Below, in pieces: positions 13,601 through 27,268 of a stretch of 36,604 nucleotides of DNA. Source of the DNA: Octopus bimaculoides (Eukaryota); contig NC_068989.1 in assembly GCF_001194135.2 (NCBI RefSeq), positions 35,688,552-35,725,155 on the forward strand, in the 5' to 3' direction. Within the stretch, counting starts at the first letter, position 1, and every line of letters begins with the position of its first letter. Position numbers and translations under genes: made by a program. Below the pieces are notes generated by a model. It was given only the letters and a program-made list of their open reading frames with translations, was not told the DNA's origin and searched no databases.

Positions 13601-16084
13601 AATACTAACTATGACACTCAGCAATGTCCCCCCGCACTGCCATATTTAATGAGGTTCCTCAATCCTATATTATAAAAGAGAAGCTGATCTTTGTCTGTCT
13701 GTAACAACACCTGTGTCTAGAGAGGTAAGAAGGAGAGGAGAAAAAGTTAGAGAGAGAGAGATAGAGAGAGAGAAAGAGTGTGTGTGTGTGTGTGAAAATA
13801 CCTATTAGGTAGTGTTGTCACCTTACTAACTAACATGTTTCAATTAAAAATACAAGAATTTTAAGGGCAAGTTTGTCAACACAAGGCAACACAAACTTCA
13901 AAACAGTACTATGTATATATATATATATATATATATATAAATACATATAGTTATCTTTGTTTGTTTGTTTGTGTGTGTGTGTGTTTGTGTGTACGTGTGT
14001 GTATTTTTTCAACACATAGACAATGCAACACACTTTAAAAAAAGACTTTCATTTTGAACAGTTTATGATGGTACATGCATGATTAACAGATATTTTTACT
14101 GTCAGCATTGTAATGGGTAACAACATGGTCTGCTATAAATAGCAGGCAAAATTTCATACATCAAACTCCAGCATCTTTTAAAATAATGCACACATTGGAT
14201 GAAGTGGTCCTAAATATACACGAAAAGGATTGGTCATGATTGGAAAATATTTTATCATAGGTTTATCTCGTCAGACCTGATATGGGATTAAGCAACAACA
14301 TTTTTCATTGTGTTAGAGCTCCTTGCTATAAACAGATATTTTAGGAAAGACAAAGCTTATCAGTGTAAGTAGCAAGAGTTCAGACAATTTCATTCATCAA
14401 CAGCTCAAAGCACAAATTCTTATATAATCATGGAGAAGATAACACAACTCCATTCCAACACATTCTTCCTTAGTAATCACGAAGAAGATTTATGCACAAG
14501 ATCACTTAACAGTATTTATAACTCAATGAATACTCTTTGTTTCACAATATTACAAGGATAAAATACCTTAATTTCAGAATTAATAGGATAACCCATTAAA
14601 TTTGTAGTTCTTATGACAAATCTTTCTGAGATGTAGCACTAGCAACTTGTACTTTATCCAAAAGAAGAATGTGTGTTATTTCCTGCATTAGATTAACAAC
14701 ATTGTCAAACTGACAAAACATTATACAATGACAATACTTGACAATTATTACTATGTATGTAGATGTCAATACAACATTGTCAAATTACCAACAATGGATA
14801 ACACATTACATAATGATGGCATTCAACAATTATTACTATACATAAAGATGTCAATACAACATTGTCAAATGTCAACAAAGAACAACACATTACATAATGA
14901 CAATACTTGATAATTACTACTATATCTAGATGTCAATACAACTGTCAACAAAAGTCAAATGTCAAACAATGAAAAAGAACTGCATTTAACATCACCTAAT
15001 CTCAAGTACTTTACTCAAATAGGATGCTTTGATGTAAATTCCTTCCAGATGTGCCAAGACCATCATGAATTGATCTCTTCGCACAGGAGTGCTATGGATT
15101 TCATGCATGAAGGTATACTGAAAAAAAACAAAAAAAACACAGGGTGTGAAGAGTAAATTGTCACTATTTTATATTTTTAATTTTGTACATTCACACTGTT
15201 TGTTTTTGATTTTGTCAACTACACAGTATAGTAGGGTCAGTTAGGCACCATCTGTGAGAAAAACAGTACTATGATGCAATTCACTCTGCCAGAAATTTGA
15301 AGACAATATGCTGCACTGCTTGGCATTTGTGCCAAAAGCTCCAATACGAACATTTCAGGGTGTTTAGTGGCAATCTGAGGACAGTTCAATCTGAAAATAT
15401 GTACTGAGAGTGATGAAAATAAAACATCCAGTCAACATCATGGTGTTTGGAGTGATCACTAGTGATGGCAACATTATGCCACCATTCATCTTCCCACATG
15501 GCCTCAGACTCAACATGGAGGACTACATCAAGTACCTGGAGGAGGTAGTGCTGCCCTGGGTCAAGAGTGTGGCTGCTGGAAGACTCTACGTCTGGCAACA
15601 GGACTCTGCACTTTGCCACACACTCAGGAGAACCCAGTCATGGCCGTCAGACAATTTCTATGACCACATCACCCCTAACATCTGGCCACCTAACTCCCCA
15701 GACTGCAACCCACTTGATTATTATGTGTGGGGTGCAGTTGAGCAAGAGACCAACAAAACTTCTTGTAACACCAAAGATGAATTGAAGGCAAGGATTATGG
15801 CAGCATTCACCAACTTAAACAAGGAGACTGTCCAGAAGTGTTGCAGGAGATTCTGAAGTCGTCTGGAAGCCATGGTTGAAGCCAATGGCGATTTTATTGA
15901 AGAAATTTACTCTTTAGTATTTCAAGATATTTTTATGTAATTTTGGTAAATATATCTGTTAAAATGAAATATCAGTGTTATTTTCATTTTTGCATAATTT
16001 AGACAACAGTTTATTCACCACACCCTGTATACATATATATAAAGCATACACATACATATACATAAATGCATATGTACATATATT

Positions 16085-16132
<48 letters not shown>

Positions 16133-19042
16133 TAAATGCTTATATCAGAATGTTTATAAATGGATGTAGTATGTGTGTATTTATATGTATGTTTCTCATA
16201 TATACAGAAATTCAGCAATACCTATCATCAATGCAATAAATAGAAAATAGAAAGACTTAATCAATTCATATAAGAATGAGGAAGTATCAGTTGTAGAGTC
16301 TTTACCTCGCGTAGATCCACAATGAATTCTTGTCTCCGGTTGTTCTCTGGAGGATTCTTGCTGTAGTATGCCAATGACATGTTGTTGCCCTGGAGAAAAT
16401 CAGATCAATGATACACTTTGAGATTTGATATAGTGCATATACATGCATTATATATATATATACCTCATAAAAAGATGTGAAGTGCAACACATAACCAAAA
16501 GTCAGGTTTAGTATTGTATTCCACACTCTGCACCAGAATTCAGCGTAGTATGGTATGGGATATCAACCTTAGGTTAAGCTAGTGTGTGGAATATGAGCCA
16601 AATAATATAAATAATAATATGCAGAAAATAGGTATGGTATTCAATGCTCTGTAGAATATACACATGTTTTACCAAAATGCTGTAGTAGTTATGTAACAGT
16701 ATAGAAACACTATGCAATCTTATACCTCACTGCATCAGTGTTTTGCAATAATGTAAAATTGCATAGCACTTCAACAACGGTTACAACAATGGTTATGTGA
16801 TTATTGTAGCATTTAGCTGAAATGCATGTTCTATAAAGCAATGAATACCATACCTGTTTCCTGTACATTATACATATATGTCAGTCATAGGATCGCAGTT
16901 TCAATTCCCAGACTGGGCGTTGTGAGTGTTTATTGAGCGAAAACACCTAAAGCTCCACGAGGCTCCGGCAGGGGATGGTGGTGAACCCTGCTGTACTCTT
17001 TCACCACAACTTTCTTTCACTCTTACTTCCTGTTTCTGTTGTGCCTGTGATTCAAAGGGTCAGCCTTGTCACACTGTGTCATGCTGAATATCCTCGAGAA
17101 CTACGTTAAGAGTACACGTGTTTGTGGAGTGCTCAGCCACTTGCATGTTAATTTCCCAAGCAGGCTGTTCCGTTGATCGGATCAACTGGAACCCTCGATG
17201 TCGTAAGTGACGGAGTGCCAACATACATGTATGTATATATTAAACACCATGCCCAAAAAACAATGAAGAAGGAAGAGGGTGGGGAGAGCTAGGAGGGAAG
17301 AAGACAGGAATACTGTAAGAAATTATGAAGAATGAAGTGGAATGTAGCATCTATGATAGACTGGTGTTACTCATTGTTGCAGTCAGCTCCGATTAAGCAG
17401 ATCTATAATCAAAAGTGTTCCATTCATGATCATTTCACCATTGGGTATAGTTAAGGACAGCATTGCCAAATCTCGTTCTCTTATTGTTGTTGTTGTTGTT
17501 AAAGTAGCAGAATGTGATTAAATGGAATCTGGCAATTCTAGATTCCACAATTGCAACTGTATACAGGTTCCCTGTTTTATGATGTTGATGGAAATGTTAA
17601 TGACCATAACACAGCAAGTGAAGCAATGATAATGATGAGAGGAGAAAGGAGGAAAATGATGATAACATTGATTTTGGATAACAAGAATGAGGGCAATCTT
17701 GTAGTTGTTGTTGTTGTTGTTGTTATTATTTTTTAACCCAAGGTCTTCCTTGCACAAGCAGACATATAATCAATGTTAATTCTGCTAAGACCATCCCCAT
17801 CATTTTTATTTCTCAGACATATAATATCTAAAAGAATAATATGCAATATGTCTTACCATTTTTTAAGATGGAAGATGGGATTTGAGAGAGATATCACTAA
17901 TTCTAGCAAGTCAAACAACCATAAGGAGACTCCTCTTGATTTAACCATAAAAATAACAAAATTATAGCTGGAATAAGTTTAAAGAAATATCACTTACCAC
18001 CAAGATAACATCAGGTCCTACAGTTTCAACACCATCTGGTTTACTTGAGAAAACAATCTTGTAACTCAATCGGCCACCATAAGAAGGAATCTGAAGATTT
18101 AAATTAATCCATTTTAGATCAACTGAAGATGATTTTTTACATTACACAATAAAAATTTACATGTAATATATGTTCTTTGATTACAAAAAATGAGTACACT
18201 GATAACAAGAAATGTCTTTGATAACAAGAAATGTTTATTCTTTGTTTCTTATGGGCAGACGACAGATAAATGTGGACATAGCCAGTAGTTGGTAATGTAT
18301 TCATTTGCAGTAAACAAGATAAAATTTGTCAATATTCACTAACCTTGTTACCAAGATAGGCTGAAGGGGCAGACCAATAGATTGCTTCGCTAGGAATAGA
18401 GACCTGTTCATTCACTTTGGCTCGGATGTGGCTACTAGCAATAATGTTAACTCCAATAGTATTTTGGATATTCCAGTTCCTCAATGTGGATACCTGTGAA
18501 AAATACATTTAAAAGTTAATTAATTTTATTCAAATTTTCTTATCTTTTAGAGAAAAAAACACTGGTTGTATGGTTAAGAAGCTTTTTTCCCAACCACATA
18601 GTTACAGGTTTAGTCCACTGCATAGGACCTAGGGCAAGTGTGTTCTATAATAACCTCAGGCTAACCAAAGTTTGTGAGAGGATTTAGTAGATGGAAACTG
18701 AAAGAAGCTCATCATATATATGTGTGTGAGAGGGTGTATATGCTTATGTCTCCTTGTCTTGACATTGTGTGATATTGTTGAGGAGCATCACTGTCAGACA
18801 AGCAGTGTTGTTCATTTCCAATATTCTATGGAAACATGTCTGGCCATGAGAAAATATTAATTTGTTTAGAAACAGATGAGGCATGGTGACAGGAAAGGCA
18901 TATTACATTATATATGCACTCACTCTCAATATCAGATATTACATTGCACACAGACCACTCTTAATATTACATATTACACTAAATGTACACCCATTCTCAA
19001 TATCAAATATTACCTTTTATATACAACCATCACACACACACA

Positions 19043-19083
<41 letters not shown>

Positions 19084-21569
19084 NNNNNNNNNNTATATAT
19101 ATATATATATATATATATCACATTTATTTAATAACTACAATATAACCTACCTGGCTCCAGTGAAGGTTGGACTTACTGCAGCTGCTAATTACTCCAAAAC
19201 AGAAACAGGTGGTGCAGCCATTTGGGTTATTTTTTTCCAGATGGAAACTTCCAGAAAGACAACCAAGACAACGAGATTTCTCAACATTTTTCTGTAACAA
19301 TGATAAATTATAAGACTTTAGCACAAAATCTTAAGAAAAACAAAAAATCACAGATGTCCATTATAAAAACTTTTCTACTTACACCTCCACCATTGTTCAT
19401 CACTTGCTATATTTACCTCTACTCCAATCTCTAACCATTTATTGCTCTCCTTTCACACTTTTATGAAACTGACCCCTCTCTTCACTCCAAATCACAATCT
19501 GCATCCTCCTTTATACCCATCTTTTTGTAGCTTGAGATACTCTGGTATGTCATCACTATCATCCATATCGTCTTTCCAGAAACTCCCACCCACCCTTATA
19601 AAATGTGGGGTAACTTTCTATCCTCCTCTAAAGCAAGACATCTGGGTTTGTCCCTAAGTTAGTTAGAAAGCTTACTAGTGCCAAAGGCACAAGAAATAAA
19701 AAATACCCAGTGGAATCTATAAAGTGGCTGGCATTAGGAAAAGCATCCAGCTGCAGATACCATGCCAAAGCTGACATTAGAGCTCAAAGCAGCTATGTCA
19801 AACCATCCAACCTATACTAGCATAGAAAATGATGATGATGATGCTTTACTATTGTAAGAACATAAAATATTTAGTAATTTAGTAAATTACTAAAATAAGT
19901 TAAAGATATCTTTATATCTCAGATGGAAGACATAAAATTTCAGGATTTGCCCCATGGAATATGAAATTGTCCAAAGTTACAATATTTTATAAATGAAGTT
20001 TGCAACAGTTTTTATAAAGGTGACACACTTCAAAAATATTTATCTCAATTCTGTTTTTTTATATAAAATAGCATCTTCAAAATTTTTCAAATTACCAAAT
20101 TCAAATTTTATTTTGAGGTTTTCCATAAAAATTAAGTTTATTGAACAACTTTTATAAAAAGAAGAAAAAATAAATAGAGAATATCAGTACACCAAGTAAA
20201 AATTCATATTACAACCTGGAGCTGGCAGTATTGTTAACGCAATGGGCAAAATGCTAAGCGGCATTTTGTCTGTCTTTACATTCTGAGTTCAATTTTGCCT
20301 TTCATCCTTTCAGGGTTGATAAAATAAGTACCAGTTGAACACTTGGATCAATACAATCAACTTAACCCTTACCCCTCCCCTGAAACTGCTGGTGTATTGC
20401 CAAAATTTGAAACCAATATTACTACTTGGAAAAAGAATTAATATCAATGCTTTGAGTAAGATCGCATAATACTAGTACATGTACAAATATATGGAGTTAA
20501 GCTTCAAAGCTGTTTTATATCTAAAAGCCCAAGCTGAATCTAACATAGGATCAATAATTAGAGGACAGTTTTATCCCTTGAGGAAGCTTTGTTGACTATA
20601 ACAGAAGTCTTTTAGTTTAGTGTCTTACATTGTCTATAATGTAGATGGCCAGAGACTCTAGATATTGTTGAGAACTAAACTTAAATCATTCTGTGTCTGT
20701 CCAATTTTTATTGAAAATATATTGTCCAAAGACTTAAAACATGGTATTACCATCTAAAAGACAATAGGAAATTTATTGAGAGAGATTTGGCTATTATGTT
20801 GAGTAAATCAAGAGACTGCATAGATGCTACATTACTTGATTAAGATCACCTCAATCACATGAATTTGTTGATAATCTTAAGAGGAAGATACAGCACAATA
20901 TATGAATTTATAAATTAAGTATAAATCTAAAAATGATTGAGCTAAGAGATGTAGCAGTGGGATGTATTTGAGCAACATAGACAAATACAGATGTATTAAA
21001 TACCATACAACATACATAGTAGATCTATTAAAATTATATCCACCTCTAGAGGATGTGTCACAATTACCATATGAAGAATCATGATTTCTCTAGATCTGAC
21101 ATGCCACTAAAGAAAAGGACAGGTTTATTGTCTGGAAATATGAGAAGAGTCATAAATGGATTTCTACTTCAATAGGTGTCATCAGCAGTTCTTTTTTTCT
21201 CTTTCCTTGAAAAGTAGTTTCATAAATAAGAAGAGAAAAAAAGCCATCAGCGACAATACAGAAATAACTTCATAGAATGGTGAATAGATACCTTGCAAAG
21301 GCATTGGCCAGTGTCTTGATCACATACATCATCTTCAGCTCCAGTAGCATTACAGGCACAGGGTACACAATGGGGGTAGGAATAGCTACCTGGGGCACAC
21401 TTGTCACATGTTCGACCACCAAACCTGTTTAGGCATCTGAAATAGTGAGAAAAGGATAAGTAGTGAGCAGAAAGAAATTTACTGCAAGAATTACCAATTT
21501 TAGCAGATAACAAAGTAGCAATACAGCAAATTGCCAACTTCTCACTTATTAAATCTTTAAGACATACAT

Positions 21570-21632
<63 letters not shown>

Positions 21633-24600
21633 ATGCACATTTGCCCCAGACACAACCCCATGCATACACACACGTACACACACATACATACACACACACA
21701 TACATGCACACAAAACACACACATACAACATATACACACACACACATACTTCAAACTACCATTTAAACACCTTTCTACTGACCATTCTCCTACGCACATG
21801 TGAAGGGAGACACACAAAAGACAGCCACTGCTACCTAAAATTCCTACTGTAAATTCTTCCTACAACATTAAGCAACACAAAGTCTACCCACACACACAGA
21901 CCTGTGTGCGCGCACATACCCACACATACACATACATATCTCCTTCTTTTGCACTCTCCTGCCTTAGAAAGAACTTTTTCTTCACCTTCTGATTATTTCA
22001 AAATGTAACCACGTGTGTATCGTTGGCGATTTTCTACCTGCGTCTTCCCTTCCTTTGGACTTTCCTATATTTCTGAAGAAGAGCAATCTCAAAACATTAA
22101 ATCCTCTTTCCTGAGTGTCTGATAATACAGTACTTGCACCACGTCCTCGCGTTATTGTTTTTCTTGTTTGTTCTTCTTTGTTTGGATTCACTATATACCG
22201 CACGCTCACATGGACCCCGGCCTTCTGACTGACTTTAGAGTACCTAATTTGCGGAATTCTTCTACTTTCGGATTACTGTTCCTCTTCATACACAGATACA
22301 CACACATAAACAAAGAGTATCTGTGTGAGTTTAGAGAACTGAGGACACATGGAGAAGCTCTTATTTAATCCCCGTGTCCACATTTATATTAAAATGTGGT
22401 TTTAAAAAATTTGGACTATTGTTACAAAATCCTGAAGTTCCCAAATTATTTTCCTAATCTCTGTCATTAATATATTTGATTATAAAATAACTTACTTGCA
22501 CTGTCCAGTGTTTTGGTCACAGTTCAGGTCATTATTCATAACACCGCGGTCATTACAGCCACATTGCTATTGAAAAAGGAAACAGCAGCAAAGTCAAATT
22601 CCAAGGTTTATCTATTTTTTTCAGAAAATATGTTTAGTGAAGAACAGCATCATTTGCAACAGACTTCCAATTAGTCATTCTGGAATGCATTGTACTTCTG
22701 ATGATGACACTAACAACGAAGCATACACATAACTTAGGTGGAATAAATATTACAAGGTAGTTATGTCAAAGCACACTAGTTTATCAGTTTTGTCACCAAT
22801 GTATTCACTTTCCATTGATAAACATCAAAGATATTTGTATATTGCATAATCAGAGGAGGAAAGGCAGTCCCATGACCCTTTATGGGGAGTCTGAGATAGG
22901 GAAGGAGAGAAGAAAGAAGTTATTTTCAGATCAAAGACCTGCCTGAAGGCTTGAAACATGGCAGACCCCAGAATGCATAAGAAACATTTTTTACTAGTGT
23001 TCCTGACTCTGTTATCGTTCAGTTTCTGTTATTACATCTCATTTTTAATGGAACTGGAAAGCATGAGGGAATCTAGAGCTACATGTTTAACAGGAACTAT
23101 ATGTTAAAACTTCAATGGGTAACAAAAGACCAAGTCTTTTCAGAGATGATATCTCTAAAACAACCATTGTTCCTTAACTCTTTTGACACTAACCTGCCTG
23201 AGATTGCACCTGGTGCTATGACACAAACTTGCTGTTTTAAATTAATCTAGATTAAAATCTTCCATCAAAATTCTATGTTAATTTGTTCTAAACACCAAAT
23301 TAATAATGACAAAATTGTTTTACTAAATTCTTTACCATTTTAAAATCTAATTAAAACAATGACAATGTATTTCAGTATCAATATGGTAATAAAAGGGTTA
23401 AAGAACATCTACAAAAGGAGATCTATAACCAAAATAGGTTTCTACATGAATAAATGTTATAAGAAAATTTGGTTTTGAAATGCAATGGATAGTGTTAGGA
23501 GTACTTCTCCATTACAACCATTTTACAGTTAGTCTTACTTCATGGAAATGACATAATACGTACTTGGCATACAACTAGACATAACAGTTTAATTACACAT
23601 CTGTTATTAGAATTCCTTACCTTACATCCTATATATGGGTCATATGCATATGTATTTGGTAAACAGCGATCACACTTTCGCCCTGTCACATGTGGCGGAC
23701 AGACACAGTCTCCAGTAACAGGATGACACAGTCCAATACTGCATTCACAACCTGGAAACATGGATATTGTATGAAATGGTAACAAAGTTATGTTAAGTCA
23801 AGTCACAAAGGTGGAAAAAAAAAATCATATTTTGTTTTGTAATTATGCAAATGGATTGTTTAAATTATGGGAAAGAGTAATGGGTACGTTCTTCCTTAAG
23901 TAGAGAAATAGCAAAACAGTCATTTATTTGTTCTTGCAACAAAAGCTTAGTCTTCATCATATATAAAATTGGTCATGGCTGTGTCATAAGGAGCTTGCTT
24001 CCTGACTACATGGTTCTAGGTTCAGTTCTACTGTGTGACACCTTGGGCAAGTGTTTTCCACTATAGCCTCAAGCCAACCAAAGCCTTGTGAGTGGATTTG
24101 TTAGACGGAAACTGAAAGAAGCGGGTTGTACATGTGTGTGTCTTTGTGTTTGTGTTTTTCTCCCATCACCACTTGACAACTGATGTTGGTGTGTTTACGT
24201 CCCCGTAAACTAGTGGTTCAGCAAAAGAGATCGATAGATTAAGTACTAGGCTTAAAACATAAGTCCAGGGGTCAATTTGTTTTACTAAAACCCTTCAAGG
24301 TGGTGCTCCTGCATGGCTGCAGTCAAATGACTAAAACAAGTAAAGGAATAAAAGAATACATTTAATTCTTATCAAAAGTAAAATATTTCTCAAAGTTATA
24401 AGATCAACAGAAGTAAAGTCCTTACTAAAATATTGAGCTAACAAGAAACTGTAGGTTATTGAAATCTAGCATATCTTTTACTTGGTTCAGTTATTGGACT
24501 GTGGCCATGTTGAGGAACTAACTTGAAGGGGTTAACCAAACAAATCAATCTCAGTACTTATTTTCTTCTTAAATCTGGTACCTATTCTATTGCTCTCTTT

Positions 24601-24726
24601 TACTGAACTGCTAAGTCACAGGGACATGAACAAACCAACACCAGTTATCAAGTAGTGGGAAGAGTTGATAAGCACAAATACAAATAAATACACACACATG
24701 AATATATATATACATACACACACACA

Positions 24727-24788
<62 letters not shown>

Positions 24789-26888
24789 CACATAAACCTC
24801 TATACAGTGGGCTGCTGCACAGTATCTATCTATCAAATCCACTTGCATGGCATTGTCAGCACAGGGCTATAATAGAAGACACTTGCTCAGGTGTTGTGTA
24901 GTAGGACTGAATTCAAAATCTATCTGAATGCAAAGCAAGCTTCTTAATCACACAGACATAGCTTTGCTAACAGATCATGAATTTTAAATTTATTGTGTTG
25001 TGTTCCAGGACAAAGTCTAAGTCTTTGCTTGACTTAGATTCAATCAGGGCCAGATAATTTCATACCTATTTTAGATTTCAAGAGTTAGAAGAAAGGAGAA
25101 AATTCAAACACGTCATATAGCTGCAATAGAATGCTGTATCACCAACAATAACGTGATTTCTCTAAGACATCATTCAGTAGTCTACCAAGTCCATTTACAT
25201 ATTTCTCAATACATACTGCTGTTATGACCTCCCTCTCTAATTTTATGCCTCCATTGTAGATGAGTAGATTTGCTAGTGGATATAAAAACAACAACAAATA
25301 ACATAAAAACACATACGTTTACATGAAGGGAATCCATAGAAGCCATGTTTGCAAGTAGAACAATCTCTTCCGATGACATTAGGCAAACAACGGCACTGTC
25401 CACCTAAACGTTCACAGTCAATAGACATAGAGCCATCGGGATCGCATTTACAGGGTAGAGTTCCATTATTATAGTCTGCTGTTAATGCAAATAACTGTTT
25501 ACTGCAGGTGGGGCTTGGTCTGTAAATGGAAATTAATATTCATCAGGTTCAAATATAGTAAAATATCTTGTAACATGGGAGATGAAAATATATTGTGTGA
25601 GTGTGTGATTTACTAAACTGATTATTCCTCATGATGTAATACTGAAGGATAATATACTTCTGTTAACAGATAACAATGTAAATAATAATAATATACTTTT
25701 CTACTAAAGGCACAAGGCCTGAAATTTTGGGGAGGGGGCTAGTCAATTACATCAACCCCAGTGTGTAACTGGTACTTATTTCGAAAGGATGACAGGAAAA
25801 GTCAACTTCAGCAGAATTCAAACTCAGAATATAAGGATGGACAAAATGATACTAGCATTTCATCCTGCATGCTAACAATTTTTCCAACTCAATGCCTTAA
25901 TAATAATAACAATAATAAAAACAATAATAATAAATGCCCTGATGCAGTATCAGGCAGTACTCATGGCTTCTGATCTGAACTGATTGGAAGTGTTATCATG
26001 TACATGTTTTGTCTTGGTATAAAAGATGGGCTACAGCAAATGTTCTGCTCAATATCACAGATTTGCTTATCAGTTGCTGGATCATAACCACTTCAGCATG
26101 TCCCTTAATGGCTGACAATATGTGATTCTCTGATCACAAGGTGTACTGGAGGAGCATGACAGTCATGTGTCAAGAAGGATTCCTTGGGGTTTTAATAATC
26201 CACCCCTGGAAATATGGGTGTTTCGTTTACACACTTAAACAACCTTTATTCAGGGACCTTCTAGATGGGACCCATTTATAATGGGTCCTACCAAGGTCAT
26301 GCACTTTTATCGTAATATAAGCTCACCATGTCGTGCATATATGGTTGTGATGCATGAGCCTGGTGTACCCTTATCGAACAGGTAGTCATGATGGGTATAT
26401 TGGGTTTCATATTTTGTACCCCAGTGTTGCTTTGATGGCATGTGTTGCTCTCTCACTAAATAATAGGGTCAGATATAGTAACCTTTATGAGCTACAAACA
26501 AGAGTGCCTAATAATTGACATGGCAGTTCCAGGAGATCAACATATCACCATGAAAGAAAGAGAAAAGGTTGATAAATATGGTGACCTGAGAATTGAGATT
26601 GCCAAGATGTGGCAGCTATGAGAGTCAAACATAAAGGTTATCCCTATTGTCATCGGAGCATTGGGTTCAATACGACCCAATCTGAAAAAACATCTGAAAA
26701 CTTTAAAAATACCCTACAATCTAGGTGTATTGCAAAAGTTGGCATTACTTCGAGCTTCATGCATATTGCATAAAGTACTGTCTGTCTGAGGTTCTTGTGA
26801 CTTGCCAAACAGTACAAACCCTCAGTAGACAAAATATCTTCAATCAACAATCTCACAATATTGTATACTGTGCGACGTCTACTATGAT

Positions 26889-26965
<77 letters not shown>

Positions 26966-27226
26966 CCCCGAAACCCCAAAATGGCTGAAGTTCAAAAGAT
27001 AGTGCTCATGGGAACTGCCCATATCCTACGTAAAATACTGTCTATGTGATCTACATAATTTTCTTATGGTTTCTTAAACATTCTCTAGAACAACACTATG
27101 TACAAATCCAAATATATGGTACCCTAGGCATAACACCTACACGAACTTCTAACTTGTTGTCTCTTGAGGTCTCTGGGTGAGACTTGGATCCAACTTGTAC
27201 AAATGCAAAGAAAAAGTCAAACATAA

Positions 27227-27268
<42 letters not shown>

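Noticed and set aside
13660-13710. CTATATTATAAAAGAG..TTTGTCTGTCTGT resembling a non-autonomous Helitron 5' end
   Set aside because: Too short and no matching 3' hairpin/CTAG end found.
14697-14970. CRISPR-like repeat-spacer appearance (also 31478-31601 and 33461-33725)
   Set aside because: Whole units are homologous with no unique spacers, the context is eukaryotic and there are no cas genes.
16710-16766. 57 nt hairpin (TATGCAAT..ATTGCATA) as a pre-miRNA
   Set aside because: The AT-rich stem is only ~14 bp with a large branched loop, too short for a canonical pre-miRNA.
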